The notes under the pieces: generated by a model | Database searches by the model: none | What the model was told of the DNA's origin: nothing | The model's input: the letters and a program-made list of their open reading frames with translations, nothing else | From: Squalus acanthias | Lineage: Eukaryota | Length of the DNA stretch: 64,000 nucleotides | Assembly (NCBI GenBank): GCA_030390025.1 | Contig: CM059453.1 | Span: 7,688,001-7,752,000, forward strand | Reading direction: 5' to 3' | Made by a program: the position numbers and the translations under genes | In this document: in pieces, positions 51,887 through 64,000 of the stretch | Position numbering within the stretch: position 1 is the stretch's first letter | How the letters are laid out: each line of letters opens with the position of its first letter

Positions 51887-52691
51887 GTAAGTGTTTTTAT
51901 TTGCTCCTGTTGTATTTTATATTCCATCTCCTCAGTGCCATTGAACTTACGACTAACATACCAATATCCCGAGTAACTGTTGACCCATGTCAAAGGATAC
52001 AGCGGCAGGACTGCTCCGCTGCCTATAACCCAGGTGTGTGCTATGTTTTGACTTGAACTGTAATAGGGCGCAGGCCTTCTTAATAACTTACAGAAGCTCC
52101 CTGGCAAGGCAAGAATAATTATTTATCATAAGAATATAATAAACTGCAGGTGGAGGAAATATACAGGTCGATGTGAAATCCTTTGCAAAGAAGGCAGGTG
52201 GACCCATTGTGAAAATAGACTGCTTGATGTGGTGCCGAAGCGTTACGCCAACAGTGTCCCAGATTCTATCCCATGTCTGTGCTTGGGATAGAATCTAGGA
52301 CACGCTTAGTCTAATGACTCAGTGTCAGATCAAACAATTAATTTACCCAAAGCGGCATGGGCGGGTAGAATTGTTGCTGATATTTGAAAGTTTCATTTTG
52401 CATTTTGAGCAATGCAGTGAGTGCGTGCTCAATAAATCACCTGACAATAATGTGAATAATTCACGTGAGAAAGCGACTGACTATTAATTGAACGAGTACA
52501 TAAATGCTCCGATTGATTCTTTAACTCTAAGAACTTTTGGCATATTTCGATGCACCATAGCGCGGGAGGAAAACAGTAGAATTAATTCTTAAGGGGATAC
52601 TTTCTCAGACTTTGGGCTGAATCACCTTGCATACCATTGGCCATTTTAAAATTGAAATCTACTGTAACTCGAATGTCCTTCTCTCCTTATT

Positions 52692-53002
52692 ATAAACCAC
52701 GGATATCAGTCTCTGGGGAATTGATTGCTAGAAAACCAGCACACCTGACCTGCTCAGTCACCCACAGTTGCCCGTCCACCAAACTTGAACTGATGTGGAC
52801 TCATGACTAAGTTGTCCCTCCTTTTCTGCCAGAGAGTAAAACTTCAAAAGGAAATGGCGACAATGTCGAGGGTTCCAGAAGGTTTCATCCACTTTTAACT
52901 TCAGCCCATCACCGGACCATCATGGGAAGAAACTGGGATGTAAACCTATAGCCGACGGTGTCACAGCTACCGTTCAACCAACTCTTGCACCGGATGTTAA
53001 AT
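52692..53002 (+). pseudogene. Gene C C2a pseudo-exon
   Basis: Acceptor cag lost (ccttatt|ATAAACC), in-frame TAA at 52808-52810, 1-nt deletion near 52876; donor T|GTAAGT intact. Confidence 0.85.
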
Positions 53003-54303
53003 GTAAGTACCTGCTCTAAGCTTCATTCAACCAAATTGTTGATAAACCGGTTCAATAGATGTCTTTATATTGAATATAGTGATAGCGCACCTGGATAAAC
53101 AAGTAATCGAAGCTTCATGGAAGGCACATTATTTGACATTTACCCCAGACCCATGGAGTAATATTGGTCGCTCCAGGGTTTATCTGAAATTTTATTGCAA
53201 AGGCTCCCAATGTTTGATGTCGTTTCAGCCACAGAGTAACTGAAACATACAGGCCAGGGAGAGTCCATTCATGGTCTGAGCTAACTCACATACATACATA
53301 GGACATACGGCAGATAAACAGATCATTGGGCCCAACCAGTCCATGCTGGCGTTTATGCTCCACTCGAGCCAACTCCCATCGGTCCTCATCAAAATCTATC
53401 AGCGTAACCCTCTATTCCCTTCTCCCTCATATGCTTATCCAGCCTCCCATTAAATGCATCTTTACTATTCGCATCAACCACTCCCTGTGGTAGCGATTTC
53501 CACATTCTCGCCACACTCTGGGTAAAGAGGTTTCTTCTGAATTCCCAATTGGATTTCTTGGTTACCATCTTATATTGATAACCTCCAGTTATGCTCTTCC
53601 CCACAAGTGGGAACATTCTCTCTGCATCGACTCTATCAAAGCCTGCCACAATTTTAAAGCCCACTATTTGGTCACCATTCAGCCTTCTTTTTTCAAGAGA
53701 AAAGAGACCCAGCCTGTTCATCCTTTCCTGATATGTATACCCTCGCATTTCTGGTATCATCCTTGTAAATCTCTGCACCCTCTCCAGTGCCTCTATATCC
53801 TTTTTAAAATATGGTGACCAGAACTGTATGCAGTACTCCAAGTGTGGCCTAACCAATGTTCGATACAGGTTTAGCATAACCTCCATACCTTTCAATTCTA
53901 TCCCTCTCGAAATAAACTCTAGTGCTTGTTTTTTTTTATGGCCTTGCTAACCTGTGGCACAATTTAGCTGGGGCGGTAGTCTGGATTCTATAATTGGCCT
54001 CAGCACCCCTGTGTAAGACATGGGAAAGTCCACCGTACTTAATCTGGTAGGAATTGCCACTAGGTTGATGTACCGGTGGAATAGAACGTTATGCGGGCAA
54101 ACATATAACTCTTCAAATCGTTGAAGAGAAGAGGAGAAGGAATGCGTATGTTTGACATCAGCGTAAGATCGAGGGCATAAAAATCATGAAATAGATTTTG
54201 AATTTATAGATTGCAAGATAGCCATCATATCTTACTTCAATATTCTTCTTTAGTTGTCACATATATTGTTTTATATTCCTCATCCGCACTGATAACTACA
54301 TTT

Positions 54304-55535
54304 CATAACATAAGAATATAAAAAGTAGGAGCAGGGGTAGGCCATACGGCCCCTCGAGCCTGCTCTGACATTCAATAACATCTTGGCTGATCATCGACCT
54401 CAACTCCACTTTCTCACCCGATCTCCATATCCCTTGATTCACCTCAGCCTTGAAACTCAGCATTCACAGCAGTCTAGAGCAGAGAATTCCAAAGATTCAC
54501 AACCCTCTGAGTGAAGAATTCCAGCTCATCTTCAACTTATATGGCCTACCCCTTATCCTGAGACTATGCCCCCTAATTCTAGGCAATCCAGCCAGGGGAA
54601 ACAACCTCTCAGCATCTACCCTGTCAATCCCCTTCAGATCTTGCATGTTTCAATGAGATCACCTCGCATTCTTCTAAACGCCAGAGATTATAGGCCCATT
54701 CTACATAACCTATCATCATAGGACAGCCCTCTCATCCCAGGAATCAATCTAGTGAACCTTCGTTGCACCGCCTTCAAGGCAAGTATATCCTTCCTTATTT
54801 AAGGAGACGAAAACTGTGCACAGTACTCCAGGTGTGGTCTCACCAAGGCCCTGTACAATTGTACGAAGACTTACTTATTCTTATACTCCAATGCCCTTGC
54901 AATAAAATCCAACGTGCCATTTGCCTTCATTATTGTTTGCTGTACCTGCATGTTAGCTTTCTGTGTTTCTTGCACGAGGCCACCAAAATCTCTCTGAACA
55001 CCAACATTTGAAATTTTCTTACCACTTAAAAAATATTCTGCTTTTCTATTCTTCCTAGCAAAGGAAATAACCTCACATTTCCCTACATTATACTCCATCT
55101 GCCACCTTACTGCCCACTCACTTAGTCTATCTATATCTGTTTGCAGACTCTTTGTGTTCTCCTCACAGCTTACTGTCCCAACTAGCTTTGTATCATCAGC
55201 AAACTTGGACACATTACACTCGGACCCTTCATCTTGGTCATTAATATAGATTGTAAATAGCTGAGGCCCCAACACTGATCCTTGTGGCACCACACTAGTT
55301 ACAGCCTGCCAACCTGAAAAAGATCCGTTTATCCCTACTCTCTGTTTTCTGTTCGTTTACCACTCCTCTATGCATGCTATTATATTACACCCAATCCCGT
55401 GAGCCCTAATCTTGTGTAATAAACTTTTATGTGGCACCTTATCGAATGCCTTTTGGAAATCCAAATATACTACATCCAATGCTTCCCCTTATCTATCCTG
55501 CTAGTTACATCCTCAAAAAACTCGAATAAATTTGT
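54304..55535 (-). mobile_element. CR1 LINE RT and 3' end specific to gene C
   Basis: VPQGSVLGPQLFTIYIND, SKFADDTKL; empty site in gene A near 14612. Confidence 0.9.
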
Positions 55536-55566
55536 CATTCAGAACCAATGACCTCATCTCTTGCAG

Positions 55567-55824
55567 ATGCCCTACAAAAACCGTTCATCAATTCCTCTAT
55601 AGCGGCAGTGGAAGGGAGTTTGTTATGGTTATACTGCACGACCCGGGAGATCATACCGGGCAACTTAACGTTGGTCCGAAATGGTGAAGAGATCATCACG
55701 TCTTCCACAGGTGAACTGAAGCACATATTCCATAACATTAGTTCTGAAGATAACGGTGAATATTGGTGCGTGGCTGACAATAACTTGGACAAAGCGAGCA
55801 GCTCCACACAGATTTCTGTACAAT
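55567..55824 (+). CDS. Gene C Ig domain b exon
   Basis: ttgcag acceptor, T|GTAAGT donor, 258 nt open frame, GEYWCVADNNL. Confidence 0.85.
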
Positions 55825-57002
55825 GTAAGTGCTGTGTCAACCTATCAAATGTATATTGGGACATTAATCCGTTTTACAGTGATTAGGCATCGGTGTTGTT
55901 TTCCCCCAGTGTTCACATAACTGTCTCAAAATCTGTCAGTTAGATTGTCAGGATAGTCAGTAAAAGAAGGAGAGTTGAACCCAATTCTTGGAGTAAACGA
56001 CACTGTTGAAAAAACAACTAGAGACCCCAATACACAACTCAAGTTGAATGTATCTCTGATTGGCTGAAACCAACTGAATGATTAATTGGGAATATTTTCT
56101 GCTCGGCGTACTGAACCCAGTGGCCAGGAAGTATCAGAACATTTTAGTCCATCACAAAGGTAGAAATCTATAACATTAACTAAAGACACAAACTGAGCAG
56201 AAGTTATTGAGGTGTTCGCCAGAAATGACATGTTGGAGGAGTTAGTCGGGTTTATTTCTAAGATTGTATCTCGGGAGGCCTCACAACATAAGAACATAAG
56301 AATTAGCATCAGGAGTTGGCAATTCGGCTCCACGAGTCTGCTCCGCCATTCAATAAGATCATGGTTGATTTTCGACCTCATCTCCACTTTCCTGCACTAT
56401 CCCCATATCGCCAGATTACCCTCGAGTCCAAAAATCTATCAGTCTCACCTTTAAAATACTCAACGATTCAGCATCCACAGCCATCTGAGGTAGAGAATTC
56501 CAAAGATTCACAACCCTCTGATTGAAGAAGTTCCTCATCATCTCAGTCTTAAATGGCAGTCCACTTATCCTGAGACTGTGCCCCTTGGTTCTAGACTCCC
56601 CAGCCAGGATAAGCATACTCTCAGCATCTAACCTGTCAATCCCCCTCAGAATAACTTGTTTCAATGCGATCACCTCTCATTCTTCTAATACTCCAGCTCG
56701 TATAGGCTCATTCTACTCAATCTCTCCTCAAAGGACAACCGTCTCATCCCACATGTTGTTCCAGGAAATATAGCGATCAATTGACTGCTTGACGCAATTT
56801 TAAACCTGATTTATTGCCTTGCCAGAAACTAGGGGAAAATAAAGTCTGATGAAGCCTTAAATGAATTTAACATTTAATGGTTCTGATCGAGCTCGTTATG
56901 CGCAGTGACCTCTCTTCTTAATCTAAACGCCGAAATTGGTTCTACTTTGGTGCTGCAAACTGCTCGATGGAAGCTATCTCAATTTGACTTCACTTTTTTT
57001 AG

Positions 57003-57290
57003 ATAAACCCAAAATAGTATCAGGCCCGACCTGCAACAGCTCTGAGAGTGGGATTCATTGTAACTGCAGTGTCGGAGCCAACCCCCCAGCAAACATCACC
57101 TGGGGCATCAATGGAATAAACATCACCGCGAACAGTTCAGATATCCAAATCTTCTCCTTGGAGTTGAATAGTCACCTGGTGCAGAGCTCCCTGATACTGA
57201 CTCACCCAAATGGAACTGGACACCGGATCTCATGCTTTGGAGTAAACGAGCATGGCGTTACTGTCGGCAAATACCAGCTCCAATCTGGAG
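57003..57290 (+). CDS. Gene C Ig domain c exon
   Basis: tttttttag acceptor, GAG|GTAAAT donor, 288 nt open frame. Confidence 0.87.
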
Positions 57291-59105
57291 GTAAATACTA
57301 AATTTTCCTGTAATATAAGTACTGCGAACGGTTTGATCCATCACCTGTCATTGACTAACTGAACGGTGTTAATGTGAGCAAATAACAGTTCCATTCGACT
57401 GCTGCATGCCAAATCCAAGTACTTTAAGTCTGATCCATTGGACATTTTAAGCAGTGTATGGTCTGGCCAAAACCTCATTGAATGTTGCGTTGGGAATATT
57501 GAATGCATTTGAAATCTGTCTCTCATTTCCGGGTGTGTTTCTTGTCGCCTTGTTTTTCTCACGATTGTAAGGGATTAATATATAACATTAGAAGTAGCGC
57601 GCAATCGTTAATACAACAGAACCTTCTGAATCAATTAAACTCTTTGTGAATTCAGGTATCCTCTCACTCTAACGGAAGCCGGCAGCAATCTATCATTTCA
57701 TTGAACTTTGCACAGTTTTAGTTTCAATTTCTGATGTAGGATACACTTGTCTTAGAGGCGGTTTATTAGATTGATTCCTGAGATGAGAGGGCTGTCCTAT
57801 GAGGAGAGATTGAGTAGATTGGCCCGACACTCTCTGAAGATTAGAAGAATGAGAGGTGATTTCTTTGAAACATATAAGGTTCTGAGGGGATTGACAAGTT
57901 AGATGCTGAGAGGTTGTTTCCCCTGGCTTGAGAGTACAGAACTAGCGTGCATAGTCTCAGATATGCCGTGAGCCACTTAAGACTGAGATGAGGAGCAATT
58001 TCTTCACTCAGAAGGTTGTGAATCTTTGGAATTCTCTACCCCAGACGGTTGTGGATGCTGAGTCGTTGATTATATTCAAGGCTGAGATCGATAGATTTTT
58101 GTACTACAGAGGAATTAAGGGATACGGGGATCGGGCCGGAAAGTGGAGCTGAGATCGAAAGTCAGCCATGATCTTATTGAATGGCGGAACAGGTTGGAGG
58201 GGCCGTAGCACCGATTCCTGCTCCTAATTCATATGTTCTTTTGTTCTCATGAACTTGCTAGTTTTGAATATTTAGTCCAATGTGTCCAGCTCGCTCAATA
58301 AAACACATTTTGGAGCTAGTTCAGATGGCCCCTGGATGGTTGTCATGGAGATATTATGAGAAGATACCATGAGATAATCCTGAAAATTGAGCGAGAATAT
58401 TTGGGATAATTGAAAGAGCAGGAACTAGATTGATTTGAAGTATTGGATAGCAGGCGAACAGAACCGATTGTGCAGCGAGGATATAGGCAGGCTGCCGGGG
58501 TTATACCTGGAAACATATATTTAGTCAAATCATTAATCACATGTTTTCAAGGTTGATGGCCCCATGTAATTCAAACATCGTATGGTATGAAGAGTAGTCG
58601 CGAGTCCCTTAAGGCCCAATTTTGCAAAACAACTCAGTTAGAATCATAGAGATTTACGGCACAGAAGGAAACCATTCGGCCAATCGTGTCTGTGGCAGCC
58701 GAAAAAGAGCTATCCAGCCCAATCCCACTTTCCAGTTCTTGCTCCGTAGCTTTGTAGGTTACGGTGCATCAAGTGCATATCCAAGTACTTTTTAAATGCA
58801 ATTAGGGTTTTTGCCAATATCACTCTTTCAGGCAGTGAGTTCCATTCCCCCAGAACCCTCTGGGTGAAATAGGTTCCACTCAAATCCCCTCTAATCCTTC
58901 CACCAATTACTTTAAATCTGTGCCCCCTGGATATTGACCTCTCACCTAAGGGAAATAGATCATTCCTATCCACTCTTTCTACGATTCACATAATTTTATA
59001 CACGAAAAATTTGCATTAAATGAATCAACATGTGTTAACTATTCTGAGATGTGTACCGAGTATTGTTTATTTACATTTTCTTATTTTGATTTCTTATGAA
59101 CTTGA

Positions 59106-60575
59106 CATAGGGGAGGTACCAGAGGACTGGAGGACAGCTAACGTAGTACCATTATTCAAGAAGGGTAGTAGGGATAAACCAGGGAATTTACAGGCCAGTG
59201 AGCCTAGCATCAGTGGTAGGGAAATTATTGGAAAAAATTCTGAGGGACAGAATTAGTCTAGACTTGGAGAGCCAAGGATTAATCAAGGATAATCAGCATG
59301 GCTTTGTCAGGGGGTGATCATGTCTAACCAATTTGATTGAATTTTTCGAGGGGGTGACTCGGTGTGTGGATGAGGGTAGTGCAGTTGATGTAGTCTATAT
59401 GGACTTCAGTAAGGCTTTTGACAAAGTCCCACAGGGGAGACTGGTCAAGAAGGTAAGAGCCCATGGGATCCTGGGCAATTTGGCACATTGGATCCAAAAT
59501 TGGCGCCGTGGCAGGAGGCAGAGTGTGATGGTCGAAGTTGTTTTTGTGACTGGAAGCCAGCGTCCAGTGGTGTACCGCAGGGATCGGTGCTGGGTCCCTT
59601 ACTGTTTGTTGTGTACCTTAATGATTTAGATATCAATGTAGGAGGTATGATCAGTAATTTCACAGACGACACGCAAATTGGTGGAGTGGTAAATAGCGAG
59701 GAGGGAAGCCAAAGACTACAGGACGATATAGATGGGTTCGTTAGATGGTCAGAACAGTGGCAAATGGAATTTAACCCTGAAAAGTGTGAGGTGATGCATT
59801 TTGCGAGGACTAACAAGGCAAGGGAATACACAATGAATGGTAGGACCCTAGGAAGGACAGATGATCAGAGGGAACTTTGTGTGCTTGTACAAAGATGCCT
59901 GAAGGCAGCAGGACAGTTAGATAAGATGGTTAAGAATGCATACGGGATACTTTTCTTCATTAGCCGAGCCATAGAATATAAGAGCAGTGAAGATTTGATG
60001 GAGCTGTACAAAACGCTAGTTCGGCCACAGCTGGAATACTGTATGCAGTTCTGGTCGCCACACTATAGGAAGGATGAGACTGCATCAGAGAGGGTGCAGT
60101 GGAGATTCACCAGAATGTTACCTGGGCTGGAGCGTTTCAGCTATGAAGAGAGGCTGGACAGGCTGGGGTTGTTTTCCTTACAGCAGAGAAGGCTGAGGGG
60201 GGACCTGATTGAGGTGTACAAATTTATCAGGTGCATAGATAGCGTAGATAGAAAGGAAGTTGTCCCCTTAGTATAGGGGTCAATAACCAGGGGGCATAGT
60301 TTCAAGGTGAGGGGCAGGAGGTTTAGAGGGGATTTGAGGAAAAACTTTTCCACCCAGAGGGTGGTTGGAATCTGGAACTCACTGCCTGAAAGGTTGGTAG
60401 AGTCAGGAACCCTCACAACATTCAAGAAGCATTTAGATGAGCACTTGAAACGCCATAGCATACAAGGCTACGGACCAAGTGCTGGAAAATGGGAATGGAA
60501 TAAAAGGGCTTGATGGCCGGCGCGGACACGATGGGCCGAAGGGCCTTTTTCTGTACTGTATAACTCTATGACTAG
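59106..60575 (+). mobile_element. CR1 LINE RT and 3' end
   Basis: VPEDWRTANVVPLFKKG, DFSKAFDKVP, ORF 59488-60276. Confidence 0.92.
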
Positions 60576-60970
60576 ATGAATATGACTCTATATAGGACAG
60601 CAATCGTAATACAATTATTTCAAATTTACACAGGGGTCAAAACCATTGCTGAAATTCAGTGTCAGTCTGTGGAAGGAGAAATCAGTTCAAATGATGCCCT
60701 CTCTGTGTTCAGTGCACATTTCACAAAAAATCTATACAATAAAATAAGGATTTGTAGGGAGATTAGATTTGGGGTCATTTCCAAGTCGTCCATCTTCTGA
60801 TTGCCGGGTCAGAGTCTTGTCTGTTTAGGAATGGATAAAAATACTGAACTCTTACGTTTAAGATGAGAATTTCTAGTAAACTTGCCTGCACAAGCTGACA
60901 AAAGTTATCCTAAAAGAAGGATGTAATCTTAGAGCAATAATAAACAGCAAAGTTTTTTTGAATATTTTAG

Positions 60971-61055
60971 CAACATTTCCCTGGGAAATTGTCATCCCAG
61001 TACTAGCAGCCGCCGGAGTTATACTGCTGATCCTGATCCTGGTGATGGTGCACAG
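60971..61055 (+). CDS. Gene C TM exon (ATFPWEIVIPVLAAAGVILLILILVMVHR); cytoplasmic exons expected beyond the window end
   Basis: ttttag acceptor, CAG|GTATGT donor, 85 nt; near-identical to gene A's TM exon. Confidence 0.87.
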
Positions 61056-62164
61056 GTATGTGTGGTTCCTAATTACTTAAACTATTGTTTCAAATAATTA
61101 ACCCATGAGAGCATTGACCCTGAACCTCAGCTAAGATTTGTAAAGGGGTGTATTCGAGAGGTCAAGTGCTTCTGTGCCGCAAGTATGGAAGTGTTAAAGG
61201 CTCACCTGCCCTTGGTCGCTCTATGGCCAGTCTATCGGTGGTCTATCGCTGGCCTATCACTTCTCCCAGCACCAATAACACCAGAATAGTGGCTGTCTAG
61301 CCTTTGCCCCAGTAGCTTTCGCTTCCATGTTCAAAGCTTTTGGGTTCAAGCATCAAACCAAAACATGAGCACCACATCTAGGCTGACATTGTGGTGGAGT
61401 GCGGCATTGTTGGAGATGCCGTCTTTCATAGCAGACATTTAATCAGAAACAGTATTTGCCTGCTCAAGTGGATATGAAAGATCCCATGATAATATTGGTG
61501 GAAGAGCAGTGAAGTTCTCCCTGTGTCACGGCAAACATATGTTCCCCAATCAATCCAGGAAAGCAGCTGGAATACTGTATGCAGTTGTCAATTGTCTTTT
61601 TGCTGTTTAAGGCATATTGCTGTGCTCAAAATGGCTTCCATGTTTGGTTACAAAACTAGTTTCAAATAATAATTCATTGGCTGTGGAATGTTTTGGGGAG
61701 ATCCTGAGGTAAAGGCACTATATAACTGCAAGTTCATTCTTCGGGATTATGTGAATTGAAAGCCAAACAACAAATTGGCTTCCTACAGCATCTTGTAAGA
61801 ATAGTTGCAAGGGCTTCACAAGGAAACATAACTCGGGCACCAATTCAAAGAGGCTGATCTATTGAACAGTGATTAAAATCTTGGTCAGAGACGTGGGGTT
61901 TAAGGAGGGTCTGAATGGAGCAGAGGGAAATGGAGCCGCGGGGGAGACGAAGGAGATGATTCCAGAGTGTTTGGGCTGAGTGGTGGAAGGCACGGCCGCC
62001 AATGGAGGGTGATCGCAAGTGGCAAAAAGAGGCTGGAATTACAACATCGGAGATTTCGAACCGGTGCCGATTGTTGTAGGACCAGAGGCCGTTACAGAGC
62101 CAGTGTGGGGGCCATTGATAGTTTTATAAAAATATTAATCTGTTCAATGGTAAGAAAGTAAAGA

Positions 62165-62615
62165 ATGAAGACTTGCATTTATATAGCGCCTTTCACTACC
62201 TCAGCACGTCTCAAAGCGATTTACAGTCAATGAAGTCCTTTTGAAGTGTAGTCACTGTTGTAATGTGGGAAATGCGGCAGTCAATCCATGCACAGCAAGC
62301 TCCCACAAACAGCAATGTGATAATGACCAGATAATCTGTTGATTGACGGATAAATATTGGACAAACCCCTCGCGTAGAACTCCCCTGCTCTTCCTCGAAA
62401 TAGTGCCATAGGATCTTTTACGTCTGCCCGAGAAAGCATATGTAACCTCGGTCGAACGTCTCATTCGAAAGACGGCACATCCGACAGTATAGCGCTCCCT
62501 CAGTACTGCAGTGGAGGGTCAGCCTGGATTTTAGTGCTCAAGTCCCTGGAGCGGGACTTTGAACCCACAAACTACTTGACTCAGAGGCGAGAGTGTTATC
62601 CACTGATCCACGGCT
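62165..62615 (-). mobile_element. Deu-type SINE, paralogous to 7190-7885
   Basis: Reverse complement of the SINE head and tail. Confidence 0.7.
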
Positions 62616-62934
62616 GAAAAGCTACCAGAGGGTAGCCGTTAGCAGGAACGCAGTATATGTTTACGTTAGTTGTTAGGGTGTAATAGAAAAACAAGGGTAT
62701 TTGGAGAAAAGTGTTATTCTTATCTTTCACTCTTTCTTCTGAAGCTGTTTAGTTTCACTATGTTTCTTCCAAGGCTACTGTCAGAATTTCTCAATTGAAG
62801 AAAGGTAGGTTGTTGAATACCATCAACAAAGTAACTGGAAGCAAGTGAATTTAAATAAATCGACAATTAAAAAGAAGCAGCTAATTTAAATATATTTTAA
62901 ATAATCACAGAGGATGTTTGTGTTTGGAAAGCCA

Positions 62935-63678
62935 GAATAGGGAATTGTTGAGGTTCAGTGGGACCTGAGTGTCCTTCTACACGGATCAATTAAAGTTAAC
63001 ATGCAGGCACAGCAAGCAAATGGTATGTTGGTCTTTATTACAAGAGGATTTTTGTATAAGAGTAAAGACGTCTTACTGCAATTATATCGGGCCCTGGTGA
63101 GACCACACCTGGAGTATTGTGTACAGTTTTGTTCTCCTTACCTAAGGAAGGATATACTTGCCATGGAGGGAGTGAAACGAAGGTTCACCAGACTGGTTCC
63201 TGGGATGGGGGGATTGTCCTATGAGGAGAGATTGAGTAGACTAGGTCTATATTCTCTAGAGTGCAGAAGAATGAGAGTTGATCACTTTGAAACATAGAAA
63301 ATTCTTACAGGGCTTGACAGGGTAGATGCAGAGAGGTTGTTTGCCCTGGTTGGGGAGTCTAGGAGCAGGGGTCACAGTCTCAGAATAAGAGGTCGGCCAT
63401 TTAGGACTGAGATGAGGAGAAATTTGTTCACTCAGAGAGTGATGAATCTTTGGAATTCTCTACCCCAGAGGGCTGTGGATGCTCAGTCGTTGAATATATT
63501 TAAGACAGAGATCGGTAGATTTTTTGGATATTAAGGGAATCAAGGGATATGGCGATAGCGCAGGAAAGTGGAGATGAGGTAGAAGATCAGCCATGATCTT
63601 ATTGAATGGCGGAGCAGGCTCGAGGGGCCGAATGGCCGACTCTTGCTCCTATTTCTTATGTTCTTATGTTCTTATGTT
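62935..63678 (+). mobile_element. CR1 3' portion with (TTCTTATG)n tail, specific to gene C
   Basis: LVRPHLEYCVQF; three tail repeats at about 63653-63676; empty site near 6870. Confidence 0.9.
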
Positions 63679-64000
63679 TTCTTTCCTCAGGCCCTTGCCT
63701 GATAACAACCACAGACTGGGCAGCAAGTGTATCTCAGTGAAGTCCAACAGTCCTGTTTGAGTGAAGCTGTTTTTTTAACGGCAATTTCGAATAACAGAAT
63801 CTGAAAAAAAATAACAAGCTAAATTTGAAGACAAATTGATTCGTTTTAGTCACAGGAATAACAAAACAGAATCCAGGTTTTCAAACTGATTCAAAAAGGA
63901 AATTCCTTTCTCTCGCAGTTGATAACTCCAATGTACTGGAATTAGACTATGTAATATGAGGAATGAATGTATGTTACCGCACTTTCACAAAGTCCTGTCT

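Larger units (their letters stand above)
44440..64000 (-). repeat. Inverted segmental duplication of about 6560-29230
   Basis: Reverse-complement collinearity of exons, introns and upstream flank, e.g. 45130-45260 vs 28430-28560 and 60575-62930 vs 6880-9510. Confidence 0.9.

Noticed and set aside
59488-60276. Active reverse transcriptase gene
   Set aside because: 5'-truncated, frameshifted CR1 copy in an intron

Overview
This is eukaryotic genomic DNA, almost certainly from a cartilaginous fish (shark-type CR1 LINEs, Deu-type and LF-SINE-like SINEs, Penelope remnants). It holds a cluster of three paralogous, intron-containing Siglec-type (MAG/CD22/CD33-like) Ig-superfamily receptor genes that the ORF track shows only as fragments. 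Gene A (minus strand, 4406-18218, 8 exons, about 527 aa) encodes leader, V-set, three C2-type domains, an uncharged TM segment, an ITIM and an ITIM-like motif, so it is inhibitory-type. Gene B (minus strand, about 29880-40726) has a V domain nearly identical to A's, but an Arg in the TM segment, a short tail and a decayed ITIM exon, so it looks activating-type; it is now a pseudogene, damaged by frameshifts and a CR1-associated deletion/inversion. Gene C (plus strand, 51069 to beyond the window end) lies in an inverted duplicate of the gene A region, alone keeps the Siglec sialic-acid-binding Arg, and has a dead first C2 exon. The mosaic similarity between copies suggests a paired inhibitory/activating receptor family evolving by duplication and gene conversion. 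The rest is retroelements, minisatellites and an unidentified 1.55-kb unit amplified upstream of the genes. All exon calls come from manual translation and splice-site reading, with no database searches.
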